From a virus (Duplodnaviria; Caudoviricetes): DNA of 64,000 bases. The stretch lies in IMG/VR virus record IMGVR_UViG_3300013103_000006, positions 10,927-74,926 of that record; one strand, written 5' to 3'. The position numbers and the translations under genes are program-made. Below the pieces are notes generated by a model, which was given only the letters and a program-made list of their open reading frames with translations, ran no database searches and was not told the origin of the DNA. This document shows positions 45,144 to 56,700 of the stretch, one piece after another; positions within the stretch are counted from its first letter, which is position 1, and every line of letters begins with the position of its first letter.

Positions 45144-45521
45144 TCAAACTAGTAAAACTTTACCTGTACCTGGTAGAGAAGATGGAGCCTCTAATAGTAT
45201 AGCCATGACTCGCCCAGTTCCATTGGTATCAAGCCATCCTTTGTTATACTTGAGGGTAGTTCCGACTGTATCAGAGCCAGAGCCTGATATTCTAGCTTTT
45301 ACAATGTTGCCAGGACCCCATATCATTACCATGTCTCCGTCGGAAGCATCAGTAGCAGCAATACCAATACCGTTTGCTGAGGACGACGCTGGGACATAAA
45401 CCTTCATGGAATCTACTGGAACTACAGCCTGACCTGCAGATATAGAGCCAGAAGCAGTGAAGGAATACATCCCACCCTCTGGCTGAATCTCAATTGGCTG
45501 AGTTGGAGATGTAAATGCCAT
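45144..45521 (-). CDS. Capsid decoration/cement protein
   Basis: A.G.I.AGQAV...GIA..DA..G.......G pattern. Confidence 0.75.
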   Translation of the reverse strand: MAFTSPTQPIEIQPEGGMYSFTASGSISAGQAVVPVDSMKVYVPASSSANGIGIAATDASDGDMVMIWGPGNIVKARISGSGSDTVGTTLKYNKGWLDTNGTGRVMAILLEAPSSLPGTGKVLLV

Positions 45522-45570
45522 ATTTTCTCATCACCTATATCTATAAGACATAAAGACCTTAAATTTCACA

Positions 45571-46269
45571 TTATTCAATGAGTTTCACTTCGCCTCTAGA
45601 AATAATAACAGTTGGGGAATCGTCACTGTCATCTTCAGGGGTTTCGTCAGATTTCTCTATGATAGTTTTCTCCTCTCCGCTAGCAGTTTCTAAAGCCTTT
45701 AATCTCTCATCAAGAGCTTTAAGTACATCGTCTTTCGCTTTAGTGGCAACACTGAGCTCCTCAATGGTCTTAGAGGCATTAGATAATTCAGATATCTTCT
45801 CCCAAAGAGCATCGATTGCATTAACCACCATTTCTGGCCACTCAGCTTTTGCTGGATATGGATATTTTGTCGGGTAGGGATAGCTAGTTGGCATTGGATA
45901 TGGATATGGGTAACCCGCTCTACGCACATTTGCTAGCATCTCAAGAACTGCATCCAGCTCCCCCTTTATCTTTTCATCCTTGACTTTTTTCTTAATCTTT
46001 TCTACCGCATTTGTTATCGCTCCTATCAAGCCCCCATTAGCCTTTTCTTCCTCCTCTGATTTCTTTTCTTCCTCCTCTTCTTCCTCCTCTTCCCCTGGCT
46101 CCTCGCATTTACTCTCTTCCTCTTTCTTCTCAACAAGAGTAGAAACTACCTTTTCAAGGGCTTCAAGTTTACGTTCGAGAGCTTCTAGTTTAAGTTCAAC
46201 GGAATTATCTTCGTTGCTCTCTTCGATGGTTTCTACCTCTGTTGGCTCAACATCCTCATATTCTGTCAT
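45571..46269 (-). CDS. Scaffolding protein
   Basis: Very acidic coiled coil with poly-E and YPYP repeats, between protease and capsid genes. Confidence 0.75.
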   Translation of the reverse strand: MTEYEDVEPTEVETIEESNEDNSVELKLEALERKLEALEKVVSTLVEKKEEESKCEEPGEEEEEEEEEKKSEEEEKANGGLIGAITNAVEKIKKKVKDEKIKGELDAVLEMLANVRRAGYPYPYPMPTSYPYPTKYPYPAKAEWPEMVVNAIDALWEKISELSNASKTIEELSVATKAKDDVLKALDERLKALETASGEEKTIIEKSDETPEDDSDDSPTVIISRGEVKLIE

Positions 46270-46275
46270 ATACCT

Positions 46276-47208
46276 CTATGCTATGTCTTCACATTTATTA
46301 CATTTAGACAAGATTATAAAACCTGATTTTGGATTAACAGGAAGTTTACAAACAGATACCTCAAATATATTTAACTTATCTATTACATTATGGCAAACTT
46401 TCCCATCGCAAACATATTTAGAAGATAACACTTCAGCTGCTATTGAAAAGCCATTATATTCACCTGATAAAATCTTTTCCCACACCTCATTAGCAATCTT
46501 CAAATCACTTCTTATTTCTGCAACTATGAACAATCCTTTATCGTCGACGTGAGTTGTGAATCCGTTATATTCAGGCAATATCTTTCCTATTTGGATATTC
46601 CTATGAACCACCATTAGGTTAGCATAAGATGGATCAGATAATAACGTTTGAATTCCCTCTTTAAGAGCCTCTAGAGTAATCAAATCATTCGATTTATCAG
46701 GAATAGCCACATTAGCATAACCTGCTATTATTCTCTTGCCTCCTTCTTTTTCAGCTTTACTTACTATCTTGAGATTGCCATACATTTTGAATGGATGGGA
46801 CATCTGAATTGTTTTAGGTGGGTTTATTCGTTCAACTTTAAGAGCATACAGAGGAATATAAGAGGTATAAGGTTTGGTGGATTTGTAGTGTAATTGAAGA
46901 TATAAAGGAGTATCGTCATATGGTATGCCAAATTCCCCAGCCATTTGTCTGAATAATCTAAAGTCAATCGCCTCCCTAATTTCTGGAGGTAAACTAGCTC
47001 CTTCAATGACTAAATCTATATCATTACCCTCTCCATGAACGACAGTAGAACCAACTAGAGATATAAACGGTTTCATGATATAAAAGTCTTTAAATTTAGA
47101 TAATATGTCATCAAGCTTAAATCTCTTGCCTGTCAATCTACCAGATGGTGGGACTTGAGCAAGTTCTCCTTTTCTAGTGAGCTTAATTATTTCAGGTAAG
47201 TCCATCAT
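46276..47208 (-). CDS. Pol-beta-type nucleotidyltransferase fused to HK97-type prohead protease
   Basis: N-half LVGSTV...NDIDLVI; C-half IIAGYA, VVH, GFSIA, EVSVC..PVNP. Confidence 0.8.
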   Translation of the reverse strand: MMDLPEIIKLTRKGELAQVPPSGRLTGKRFKLDDILSKFKDFYIMKPFISLVGSTVVHGEGNDIDLVIEGASLPPEIREAIDFRLFRQMAGEFGIPYDDTPLYLQLHYKSTKPYTSYIPLYALKVERINPPKTIQMSHPFKMYGNLKIVSKAEKEGGKRIIAGYANVAIPDKSNDLITLEALKEGIQTLLSDPSYANLMVVHRNIQIGKILPEYNGFTTHVDDKGLFIVAEIRSDLKIANEVWEKILSGEYNGFSIAAEVLSSKYVCDGKVCHNVIDKLNIFEVSVCKLPVNPKSGFIILSKCNKCEDIA

Positions 47209-47444
47209 GCTATCATCAGGAAATACTTTACTAAGAGGAATACAAGACCAAACAAGACAGCTCCAACAAACCAGAATAACAGTTTGAATTTACCATCAAG
47301 ATAAGCCAGTTCCCTTGATAATTCAGTTGTGATTGATTCTAGTCGCTCTATACGCTTTAATAGCTCGTCATCATTTTTATTTAGACTCTTCAGTGTGGAG
47401 ATAATCTCCCCAAGCATTAGTCTCAGGTCTTCCATAAGTATCAA
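47205..47444 (-). CDS. Coiled coil plus C-terminal TM protein
   Basis: Heptads followed by LLFWFVGAVLFGLVFLL. Confidence 0.65.
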   Translation of the reverse strand: MILMEDLRLMLGEIISTLKSLNKNDDELLKRIERLESITTELSRELAYLDGKFKLLFWFVGAVLFGLVFLLVKYFLMIA

Positions 47445-47527
47445 CGACCAAATATCTTCTCAAATATTTCCTCTATTAGTTTAATCTGTCTATCAACGCC
47501 ATTCATAAAACTGAAGGTATATTAACA

Positions 47528-49741
47528 TTAACATTTCAGAGATTGCTTGAATTTCTTAATAGATTCTGCTCTATAAGCTTCTCTACCAAATTTCTCAAGC
47601 TTCCCAGCAGGAATTGGCCAATAGTGTCCTGTATCAGCATGCATAATAGAATCCATTGGATAAGGGTCATCTATTGCTTTCCAAACCCACCATCTTTTAT
47701 CCTTTCCAGCCTTGAATGCTCTGATTATGAACCTGCCATTAAACAGCTCTTTGTTTTTATTAGGAAGTGATTCTGATGGATAAGAGAAGTATTCATGGTT
47801 GTCCTCACGCTGAACTCCAGCTTTAACAGAGCCAAGCCATATAGCACACATGTATGCCCATTTATATGGTGTAGAGTTTTTAACTAAATGATTTAAGACT
47901 ACAAAATTATGATCATCGGCAACAGCGATATCGTAGATATGAATTGAACCTCCATGTTCTTTCTCTGTTCTTAGAACAGGAATATAGTAGTATCTATCAT
48001 CCTCATCTACTAATCTAGGCTTCTTCTCTCGTTTAAGTGGCCAGCTTATATTATATATTTTATATCGAGAGTCCTTCATATAGCTTTTTATAGACGGCAA
48101 CTCGCCTAATGTAAGTAGAAGCAAGAAGATTTGACCAGCGAGTCTTCTAGATTCTGTAGCATACTGAATTCTCCTATGATTTACATAGCCATCACTTTGG
48201 ATGAGACCATCTAGGAGCTTACATTTCAAAGCATCAGGAAGATAGTAAATCCATTGAGGAAGAATCTTATGCTTTCTACCTCCGTAGTGAACATAACAAT
48301 TATTACAAAGCCAATGAGCAAGACCACGATCTATAAATCTTAGCGATATATAATTTCCGTTCGGATTAACTATCCTTGTAACATGAGAAATTCCGAATAT
48401 TGATTTCACCAAAAATTCAAGGCAATCTGCTTCATCTTCGTTAGCACAGTCAAGAGATATCTGACCTTTGTCGTGGTTTAATACCGACCCGTCGCCAGCA
48501 AAGAAACCTAAGAAGAACATGAAATCTTCCTCGACAGCTATTTTCTTCTCGTATCCTGGCTCGATAGTGAGTATAATCTCCCTTGGGTATTCTTTCTCTT
48601 CTAGGTGAGGCTTAGGCAATAACAATTTATCGTTTTGGGTTATTGTTTCTGATTCTTTCAAACCATCTTTAGTATAAATATTGTGATGATAATATATAGT
48701 TTTGAAGCCAAACATAGGTGTTAGAGAAAATCGGTTATGAACAATTCCTCTATCCCAGATTTTTAGGATTGGTCGGAATCTACCGCATCCAGTATAAACT
48801 AAATCTCCTTCTTTGAGCTCATCGACAAATTTATAGCCTTCAGGAGTCAACACTAAATCATGAGCAGCGACACATCCAACCTCTCCAGGAGGAATCATAT
48901 AAGACTTATCAAATAAGACATATTGCTTGATTAATTTAGCATCTTCTCTTGTAAGTATTGGTTCTTTCTTCTCAGCTTTAACCACACGTTCTGGCTCTTC
49001 TCCGCTGGGCTTGACTATAGCGAGCCCTTTACTCACATTACCTGTTTTCTCGTCTGTTCTTCCAATAATAGTATCAAAGTAATCTTTGACGTGATCCTGA
49101 GTAATCACCCATTGAACGAATGCGTTTTTAAATTTAAGCCTCCAGTCCAAATGTATGCTATGACCATCTACTAAATCCTCAAATGATATCTTGCCTAATT
49201 TATATTTTTTGACATCATCTGGTTCTAGTCCTCTTATATGCATCTGAGCCCAAGCTCTATCTGCTTCATCATAGTTGACATAACATATCTTTGGAAGAGG
49301 TTTCATCTCTTGTCTGAGTTCCTTATAGATATCTTCTGGAATTCTGTGTTTCTCAACCCAAGAGCAAACATCTTCTTTTGTGATAGCTTTCTTTAGATGT
49401 CGTTTCCATGTATTTGGGAATTCAGTAGAATGATATAACTCTGTTTCATCATAGATAGTAAGTGGCTGGAGATTATTAATTGAATTCTGAAGTTTTACGG
49501 TGCCATCATCATGCTCAACCAAATATAACTCTTTACTCAGTGCATTTGTGAGCGTCTTTGCTTTTGTTTCTAGTTCGTTGATTCGCTCTTTATAGGAAAG
49601 AATCTCATTCTTAAATTCTTCTTCGGTTTTCTTTAGCTCATTCTCTTTAGACTTAAGAGCTGACTCTAATTCTTTGATTTTATTTTCAAGTTCAGCTTTA
49701 CGCTTATTATATTCAGTAAGTAATTCAGTCTTTAAATCCAT
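47528..49741 (-). CDS. Coiled coil plus LigD-type 3'-phosphoesterase domain, interrupted by an intein
   Basis: QMH.RG...HLDWRL...QW and IWLG...LFNGRFIIR match the LigD PE layout (QxH...HYDxRL...SW...IWDxG...LxG). Confidence 0.7.
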   Translation of the reverse strand: MDLKTELLTEYNKRKAELENKIKELESALKSKENELKKTEEEFKNEILSYKERINELETKAKTLTNALSKELYLVEHDDGTVKLQNSINNLQPLTIYDETELYHSTEFPNTWKRHLKKAITKEDVCSWVEKHRIPEDIYKELRQEMKPLPKICYVNYDEADRAWAQMHIRGLEPDDVKKYKLGKISFEDLVDGHSIHLDWRLKFKNAFVQWVITQDHVKDYFDTIIGRTDEKTGNVSKGLAIVKPSGEEPERVVKAEKKEPILTREDAKLIKQYVLFDKSYMIPPGEVGCVAAHDLVLTPEGYKFVDELKEGDLVYTGCGRFRPILKIWDRGIVHNRFSLTPMFGFKTIYYHHNIYTKDGLKESETITQNDKLLLPKPHLEEKEYPREIILTIEPGYEKKIAVEEDFMFFLGFFAGDGSVLNHDKGQISLDCANEDEADCLEFLVKSIFGISHVTRIVNPNGNYISLRFIDRGLAHWLCNNCYVHYGGRKHKILPQWIYYLPDALKCKLLDGLIQSDGYVNHRRIQYATESRRLAGQIFLLLLTLGELPSIKSYMKDSRYKIYNISWPLKREKKPRLVDEDDRYYYIPVLRTEKEHGGSIHIYDIAVADDHNFVVLNHLVKNSTPYKWAYMCAIWLGSVKAGVQREDNHEYFSYPSESLPNKNKELFNGRFIIRAFKAGKDKRWWVWKAIDDPYPMDSIMHADTGHYWPIPAGKLEKFGREAYRAESIKKFKQSLKC
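47876..48874 (-). mobile_element. Intein (333 aa) with LAGLIDADG endonuclease
   Basis: EVG|CVAAHD...IYDIAV..DHNF...VKN|STP; LGFFAGDG and LIQSDG. Confidence 0.92.
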
Positions 49742-52700
49742 TTGTTAATTCCTCAAGCTTCTCATCAGGCAGCATCTTAACACACAGCTTAATTACATCA
49801 TCAAGTTTATCATTAATAGTTGAATCATTAGATGCTAATTTTATACGCTCTAAATCTGTTATGATAGCTGACAATGACCTCTCTATATGCTTTATGTCGT
49901 CGTGAATATTATTCTCATTAATTGAATTCTTCAAGTCAGTGACAGCAAGCCTAATCATTTCTTTCAGATTATTAACTTCACTATTAATATGCTTCTTTCT
50001 TTCGAATGTTGATTCTTCAATCAATGAGCTAAGTTTCTCATCTAATTCAGACATCTGCTTTTGTAACTTCTTAATCCACTGAAGGAATGTGGATGTTCCG
50101 ACCCCTCCACCACCACCAGTTTGCCAAGAGCCAGAGCCGTGTTTAGTCGTTAGGTAATTGTCTATCTCCTCTGGAGTGGTACCAGACCAACTTCCACTTC
50201 CGTGAGTAGAAGATAATTGAGCGTCTATATCTTGAGCTGGCTGGCCCGAAAGAGAAGTAAGAGTTCGGGAAGAATAATTCCAAATATCAGAAGGCGTGCT
50301 ACCTGTCCAAGCACCTGAACCATGACTAAGTGATAGCTTATCATCAATATCTTGAGCTGGTTGACCAGCAAGAGATGTGAGCGTTCTGTTTGAATAACTC
50401 CAAACATCAGCAGGAGAAGTGCCTTCCCAACTGCCTGAACCGTGAGTAGAGGAAAGTTTATCATCAATGTCCTGTGCTGGTTGGCCTGATAGTGAGGTTA
50501 ATGTTCTAGTTGCATAAGACCAGACATCGGCCGGGCTTGTGCCTTCCCAGCCACCGTTTCCATGTGTTCCGCTTAACTGTGTGTCCACCTGGCTTGGAAT
50601 GTTTGCAACCTCCGAGTGTGTTGAATACCAGTCGTCTTCATTTAAAACATTCACAATAACAGAGTCCTTGGTGACATAGTTTTCAACATAACACTCAATT
50701 ATGTAAAGCCCAGATTCTGTAGGCGTCCAGTCATAGTAATAATATCTTGTGCTACCGATTTTCGTCATGTCCGCTCCCGTCACTACGGATGTCCCATCCT
50801 GCTTGTATATGTTTATCCTAACCGTGTGCGGATTCTCCGCCTCCATCGAGTATATTATCCTCTCCGTTGCGTTCACTTTGATATGCTTGTATCTCGGCGT
50901 CACTATTCCCGTGTGCTCAGTCAGTAGCCTTCCTATTGTCGAAGTCTCGGACAGGGCCGTGATTGCCTGACTCCAGATTTCGAGTGAAGTTATGACTGGG
51001 AACACAGCAGGTGGGTTCGCGGGTTGCCCATTTATCCAAACCTCGTGACTCCTGTAGTCTACGCTCTCTGGCCACGAGTAACTGTCATCATCGATGTAGA
51101 CATAGGGATTCGTCCCGTCCGATTTCACCTTGATGTGAATCGTAGCGTTCCCGTCCGATGTCGGAGTCCCTACCACTATGAAGGGTATCCATTGGTCGGC
51201 GTAGGAACTTCCAGGATGCGTCCACTTGGCGGTAGGTTCTGAAGTGTAGTCGATTCCCAAACCCGAAAGGTAAATTTCAGGAGCGGAGACATCTGTTCCA
51301 GCGAAATAGTTTGAACTCACATAAATGTATCCCAGATAATACACGGGCTTGTTGGTCTTGCAACCAGTCAGAGTAATCGTGTAGGAATCGAAGTCCTCGC
51401 CAGAGACCTGTGGCTCCAATCGTAAGGCATAGTTATACCCTCCTGCGGAACGGTAAGTGGCGTCGTCCGCTCCGGTATAGTTTCCAGTCCTATGAACTGC
51501 TCCATACTTGTAAATGATCCAGTCGTTATTTTCAATTCCATTTCTCTTTGTAAATCTTATCCTTGTTGCATCCAACCAGTCTTCTCTATAAACAGTATAC
51601 ACTTCAGTGGTTATGTTTGTATACACTATATTGTGATACCAGTCTGTGCAACCATCGTCTATGTCAATCTGGAAAAGAGTAAAAGCGTTTTCAATCGTGA
51701 TATCATGGATGTAATTGTTCTGCGAAATTATATCACCAGCATAGTAGAAGCAACCTTGAAGTGTCTGAGTGGTTGCTGAACTGTTGCTGTCATAGTAAAT
51801 GTTTTTCATCTCTACATTGTAAATCTCGTTGTCACTGCTTCCAGAAAGAAAAATACCATACCTTGTATTGAAGATTGTCCCGTTGTACGCTATGTTTTTG
51901 GATGAAAGATAGAAGTAAAGCCCAAACTGTCCCTGTATCCAGAAGTCAGAGAGTGTGTTCTCGTTTGACTGGGAAAACTGAACTGTATAGTACTCGACAA
52001 TTCCAACAACTTCAGTGATTGTAAATCCTTTGCTTTTGTAAAGAATGTAACTGCCTTCTCCCCAACTCCAGGAGGAAGTTTTACTGTCACAAATTGCAAC
52101 TTTTTCCAGATGTCCGTTTCTTCTACTTCTTATATAAAAATACTTACAATTATCCACCAATACTCCCTTCAAAATGTCTGTATGTGGGTATTCTGAAATG
52201 GGGATTTTTGGATTAAACCCTTCAAAGTAGGCAGGATAACGCATATAAGAATATCTAACCCAATACGCTCTCCACCATCTCATGTAATAAATGTATGTAT
52301 CTGCACGAGAATCTGTAGAAGAAATTTCATCACCATGAATTAAAACATTTCTCCGTACCAACAGAACCCTACCACCAGCATCCCTCGGGTAAGATAAATT
52401 AGATGTAAGAGTGATCGTCGTTTCATCATTTCCCGCATCGTAAGACAAAGCAGAAATTTCATAATATTTATGATCCCGGGAATAATCATTGTAATGTCTC
52501 GTCGCAGAATACTTTGCTCCTCCAATTCTTATCCTGTCTCCAACTTTCCACTCAGCTGTAACATCTCCTTCCACAACAATTTGATTGCTACCAGCAGACG
52601 CATCGTACTTCAAAACAGCATACCATTTCTCAATGGGAGATCCGTAATGCTCAATTTTCATCCAAGAGGAACGGTAAGCATATATCCCCGCTCTTCTGCT

Positions 52701-53576
52701 CGTCCCTTCGCAATTGAAAAACCAGTTGACAGTTTTATCAGCTGGAATTGGATTTTCTTCACTATCGCCAATCTGCCAAGCAACTCTGTCCCCACCAGAT
52801 ACATACATTCTCCCTTTTATTTCAACTGTAATATCAGAAGTTATGCTTGAGGGAACATACAATCTCCCTATTGAAGTTATCCACAAACTCCCTTTGTTGT
52901 TGTAACTATCTAGCCTATCTTTTGAAGGTGAAGTAGGTATGGTCACGTAACCAACAGTCCAGTCCTGATCTATCACCAGCTCGTCAGTAATAACAAAAAT
53001 GTCTGATGATGTCGGAGTACCAGTTGTGTCTGAGTAAATTATTCTGAAAGCATAGTTACTGACATCTGATTGCCATGAACTCCAAGATGTATTTTTGCTG
53101 AGCAACAAGTAAAGACTAGAACCATTCAATCGATAAATTTTAAACCTGTATTGATAAGAAGTATTCAAAGGATAGGAAGTGTCAAATCTAACATCAATTA
53201 TGTATTTTCCATATTGCTTTACAGCACCGGCGTTGACATCGTTCGGGAAGTTAATTGTTTTGCTTCTGACAGTGTTCCAAGTAGAACCTCCATCTGTTGA
53301 TTCCTGCAATTCTATCACAATATCATCGTTATAATCCCTTGAACTTGATCCGGCATGCACTGCCAGAATAACCCCTTTAAGATTGACAGCATTGGCAGGA
53401 GTGAATTTGATATAAAGAGGTTTAGATGATGACCTTATTTCCACATACCCTTTATTACTCCCTTTCTGATTGAATGGCCAGAGATAATTTACATCCCACT
53501 CAATATTGTCCCCTCTATACCAAGTCATTGAAGAAAGATCGCCGCTATTTGCCTGCACCCATAGCGTCATATTCAT
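49725..53576 (-). CDS. Large virion protein: beta-helix, 40-aa repeats, C-terminal coiled coil
   Basis: 1283 aa, aromatic/Ser/Thr/Asn-rich with beta-helix-like turns. Confidence 0.7.
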   Translation of the reverse strand: MNMTLWVQANSGDLSSMTWYRGDNIEWDVNYLWPFNQKGSNKGYVEIRSSSKPLYIKFTPANAVNLKGVILAVHAGSSSRDYNDDIVIELQESTDGGSTWNTVRSKTINFPNDVNAGAVKQYGKYIIDVRFDTSYPLNTSYQYRFKIYRLNGSSLYLLLSKNTSWSSWQSDVSNYAFRIIYSDTTGTPTSSDIFVITDELVIDQDWTVGYVTIPTSPSKDRLDSYNNKGSLWITSIGRLYVPSSITSDITVEIKGRMYVSGGDRVAWQIGDSEENPIPADKTVNWFFNCEGTSRRAGIYAYRSSWMKIEHYGSPIEKWYAVLKYDASAGSNQIVVEGDVTAEWKVGDRIRIGGAKYSATRHYNDYSRDHKYYEISALSYDAGNDETTITLTSNLSYPRDAGGRVLLVRRNVLIHGDEISSTDSRADTYIYYMRWWRAYWVRYSYMRYPAYFEGFNPKIPISEYPHTDILKGVLVDNCKYFYIRSRRNGHLEKVAICDSKTSSWSWGEGSYILYKSKGFTITEVVGIVEYYTVQFSQSNENTLSDFWIQGQFGLYFYLSSKNIAYNGTIFNTRYGIFLSGSSDNEIYNVEMKNIYYDSNSSATTQTLQGCFYYAGDIISQNNYIHDITIENAFTLFQIDIDDGCTDWYHNIVYTNITTEVYTVYREDWLDATRIRFTKRNGIENNDWIIYKYGAVHRTGNYTGADDATYRSAGGYNYALRLEPQVSGEDFDSYTITLTGCKTNKPVYYLGYIYVSSNYFAGTDVSAPEIYLSGLGIDYTSEPTAKWTHPGSSYADQWIPFIVVGTPTSDGNATIHIKVKSDGTNPYVYIDDDSYSWPESVDYRSHEVWINGQPANPPAVFPVITSLEIWSQAITALSETSTIGRLLTEHTGIVTPRYKHIKVNATERIIYSMEAENPHTVRINIYKQDGTSVVTGADMTKIGSTRYYYYDWTPTESGLYIIECYVENYVTKDSVIVNVLNEDDWYSTHSEVANIPSQVDTQLSGTHGNGGWEGTSPADVWSYATRTLTSLSGQPAQDIDDKLSSTHGSGSWEGTSPADVWSYSNRTLTSLAGQPAQDIDDKLSLSHGSGAWTGSTPSDIWNYSSRTLTSLSGQPAQDIDAQLSSTHGSGSWSGTTPEEIDNYLTTKHGSGSWQTGGGGGVGTSTFLQWIKKLQKQMSELDEKLSSLIEESTFERKKHINSEVNNLKEMIRLAVTDLKNSINENNIHDDIKHIERSLSAIITDLERIKLASNDSTINDKLDDVIKLCVKMLPDEKLEELTNGFKD
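50115..50590 (-). repeat. Three full plus one partial ~120-bp coding tandem repeats
   Basis: HGSGSWEGTSPADVWSY..RTLTSL.GQPAQDID.KLS unit. Confidence 0.9.
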
Positions 53577-53739
53577 CGAGCTCCTGATACAAATCTTCTA
53601 GGGTTCTTAACATCTCGTCACGTTCACGCTCTAATTCCAGTATCTGCTGGCTTATCATCTCAATATTTCTTTCAGTTTCCTGAATAGTCATAAGTAAATT
53701 ATCTAATTCTGATGATTCTGGCATAATTACCATCTTCAT
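53545..53739 (-). CDS. Small acidic coiled-coil protein
   Basis: Overlaps both neighbours. Confidence 0.55.
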   Translation of the reverse strand: MKMVIMPESSELDNLLMTIQETERNIEMISQQILELERERDEMLRTLEDLYQELDEYDAMGAGK

Positions 53740-56700
53740 CTTTCATAATAGAAACATCTGATTCCTTAATATGTCTCAGCTCCTCAAGTGGAATACGCTG
53801 GGGCTCAAATGATGATAATTTATCAATGACATTGATTCCATCAGTTACATGCTTCTCAGGAATAGGCTCTAACACTCTACCAATATAGAATGAATACCTA
53901 GGATACTCTGGGAATTTGTCATTATCAAACTTCAAGACTTCTTCAGCAGCTATTCTAAGAATATCGCCGATTTTAACAGGAACTTTCTCTTTAGCATTGT
54001 CAGATTTACCCATCTTAGTTACAAATATAACCCCTTTATCGTCTAAATAATCCAGACAATCCTTTCCATTAGCAATAACTTTCCCATTCTTGAATGCATA
54101 TACTTTACCATACCAATCCTTAGTTGTCATGGAAAGATATGCTTTAGCATAATCTCTTGGGGTATCGTATCCTAGATAGTAATTATAAACATTTTTCGTG
54201 CCCTTAACTTTCTTTTTATCGATTACCCTTAAATCAATTTCGGAATAAAATTTGCACTTAGCCCAAGAGTGGTTCTGAGGATACTCATAAATGCCATCTA
54301 AACATTTAATCATCACGCCCTCTGCACAAAATTTCGGCCTTCCACTCTTAGCATGTCTTAGATATTCAGCTATTTTCGGAATAATGGAGGCTTGAGAGCC
54401 ATTGATTATAAAGCCATCGGCTTTAGCTGGAAATTTAGTTGATATTCTCTCTATCCAGATGTGTTTAGTTTCTTTAAGTCGAGATAGATATTCAAGCCTT
54501 TCATGAAGGGGTTGGTCTCGTATATCAAGGCCATCATAGAATAATACATCGAACACTGCTATAATAGCATAATCTTCCAGTTCCTTGCCTGACATATTAG
54601 AGTTAAGTATAGAGTTAGCATCGGTTCTATGAAGCATCTCTTTCTTATTGGGATGTAATGCTAAGAATTCAGCATCGAGTATAGTGTTATCTGGGAATGA
54701 TTTCTCCATTTCTTTTATTATAGCCGGGATTCTTTTTGAGACGTTAGGACTTTTCTCTTTGAGATTTTCAGGGTCGACAAAAGCAAATCCTTGCCCATTT
54801 ATTTTTCCTACAGTCATTCTAAGCCCATCCCATTTACAATCAACTAAAAGCTTCTTTTCATCCCAACCAATTGCTTTAATATTGTCCTCAATTTCATTAA
54901 GATACATTCTATAATAAGGCTTAGCTTTAGAATAGTATCCTGGTTTAAGAGATGTTTTTTCTATAGCCTCAATTTCGAAGGTATCATGATTAAGCTTAAT
55001 AAGAACATCTTTCAGTTCGTATGCCGACTGAATTACACTGGTTTCATCAACAAAGCAATTGTGAATAGCCTCTAGAGAAGCAACACCATTCACAGAATTT
55101 GTTATGTCTTTATGAATTAAACCAGAATAATCAAACCATAAAGGATTAAGCTCATAGGAAACATCACAGATTTGGCTGTGTCTTAGAGGACATTGCTTAG
55201 TAAGAATAGATATATATGGTAATCTTTTCTCAAAAATAGAAAGATTATACTTAATTGCATCGCCAGAATATATTTGCTTGAGGGTATATTTAGCTATAGA
55301 TTTCTTGATTATAGATTTACGTTTCTTATCCCATTCTCTAGCTTCATTGATGTTTTTTGGTGGTTTAGATTTCATATATGGTTTGGATTTCTCATAACAT
55401 TTCCAGAATGATGATTTCTTAGCTTTAGCTGCACTCTTACCATAGTATTCCTCATATAGTTTTGGTTTGGATGGTGGGATAATCGGAAAGTAAACAGAGC
55501 GAAGAGCATCAACAATTTTAGCAAAATACCTAAATACATCAGTCAAAGTCCAGTCGCCCCATTCTTTACCTGCAGACAATCTGGGGTAACCACTATTTCC
55601 AAGATAACGTAAATCAGCTATTAATTCCTTCCAATGCTCTTTAGGATTTTTTATATCATAATCTACTCCTTCACTACGAAACTCATCGAGATGAAGTTTC
55701 TGAGTGATATAATATTGTTCAATATCTTTGACAAATGTCTGAATGCCTACAGGTAATTTAAGTCGCTTTTTCTCTCTAAATGGATGATATTCCTTTACTC
55801 TATAGGCGTATATAGGCAGTTGCCAGTTCCATTTCTCAAATTCTTGCTTTGATACCAGATGTTCTGGAGCAAATCTGAGGAATTTCTCGTCAGTATCAAT
55901 CGTAAATGGCTCAGACAGAATTATATTACCATAGGCGTATTCATTATCGCATAATACAAATTCTTTATTGGTGATATCAAATTTTCTTTGCTTTAAGACT
56001 ATAGATTTAGCACCTATATCAATAAGGCCAGCATGTGGCTTAACAAGATATAGACCATCCGTCTTCATAATCGATAGCTCTCTGAGATTGAACTCTAGTG
56101 TATCGCCATCCTTAAGGAGCCGACCATTGAATTTAGCTAACTCTGATTCAACTTTCCTCTTATGTCTAAGCAAAGAGCTTCTGTAATTGGTCAAATATAT
56201 GGCTTTTGGTTTTAATTCATCAGCTATCTCCATTAGTTCTTTAAAGGTAGCTTTATGATCTTTGGATTTCGGCTTTTCGTATTCACCAACTCCAATAATC
56301 CAGATTGTTCCTTGCATTAATTCCTTTTCATCTTTCCCTAATTTCTGAAACTCCGGGATTATAACTATAGCTTTCTTTCCGGAACCAAGTTTAAAACCGG
56401 ATGCAGGTTTTCCTACCATTTCTGGAATTGACATAAATTTAATCGGAAGGCCACTAAGTTTAAGCGGTCTTACTACAGAACGAATATTTTTCTTAAAATC
56501 TGGCAGATACAATCTCAAATCTGAGGCGATTGATTCTAGAGCATATACTGGAGTCTTTGGGAATTTTTTGAGATATCGCTCAAGATATAGCCAGTGATCC
56601 TCATCTGGTGATGATACTAATATAAAATCAACTGGCTCATCGAATTTAACAGCGGGGTCAATCCAAATTCGTTTATTTTTTCTTTCGATTAATAGAGAAA

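Noticed and set aside
45980-46552. Ser-rich plus-strand ORF
   Set aside because: Antisense shadow of the poly-Glu scaffold.
26870-53576. Diversity-generating retroelement acting on adhesins
   Set aside because: No reverse transcriptase ORF and no template/variable repeat pair differing at adenines was seen.
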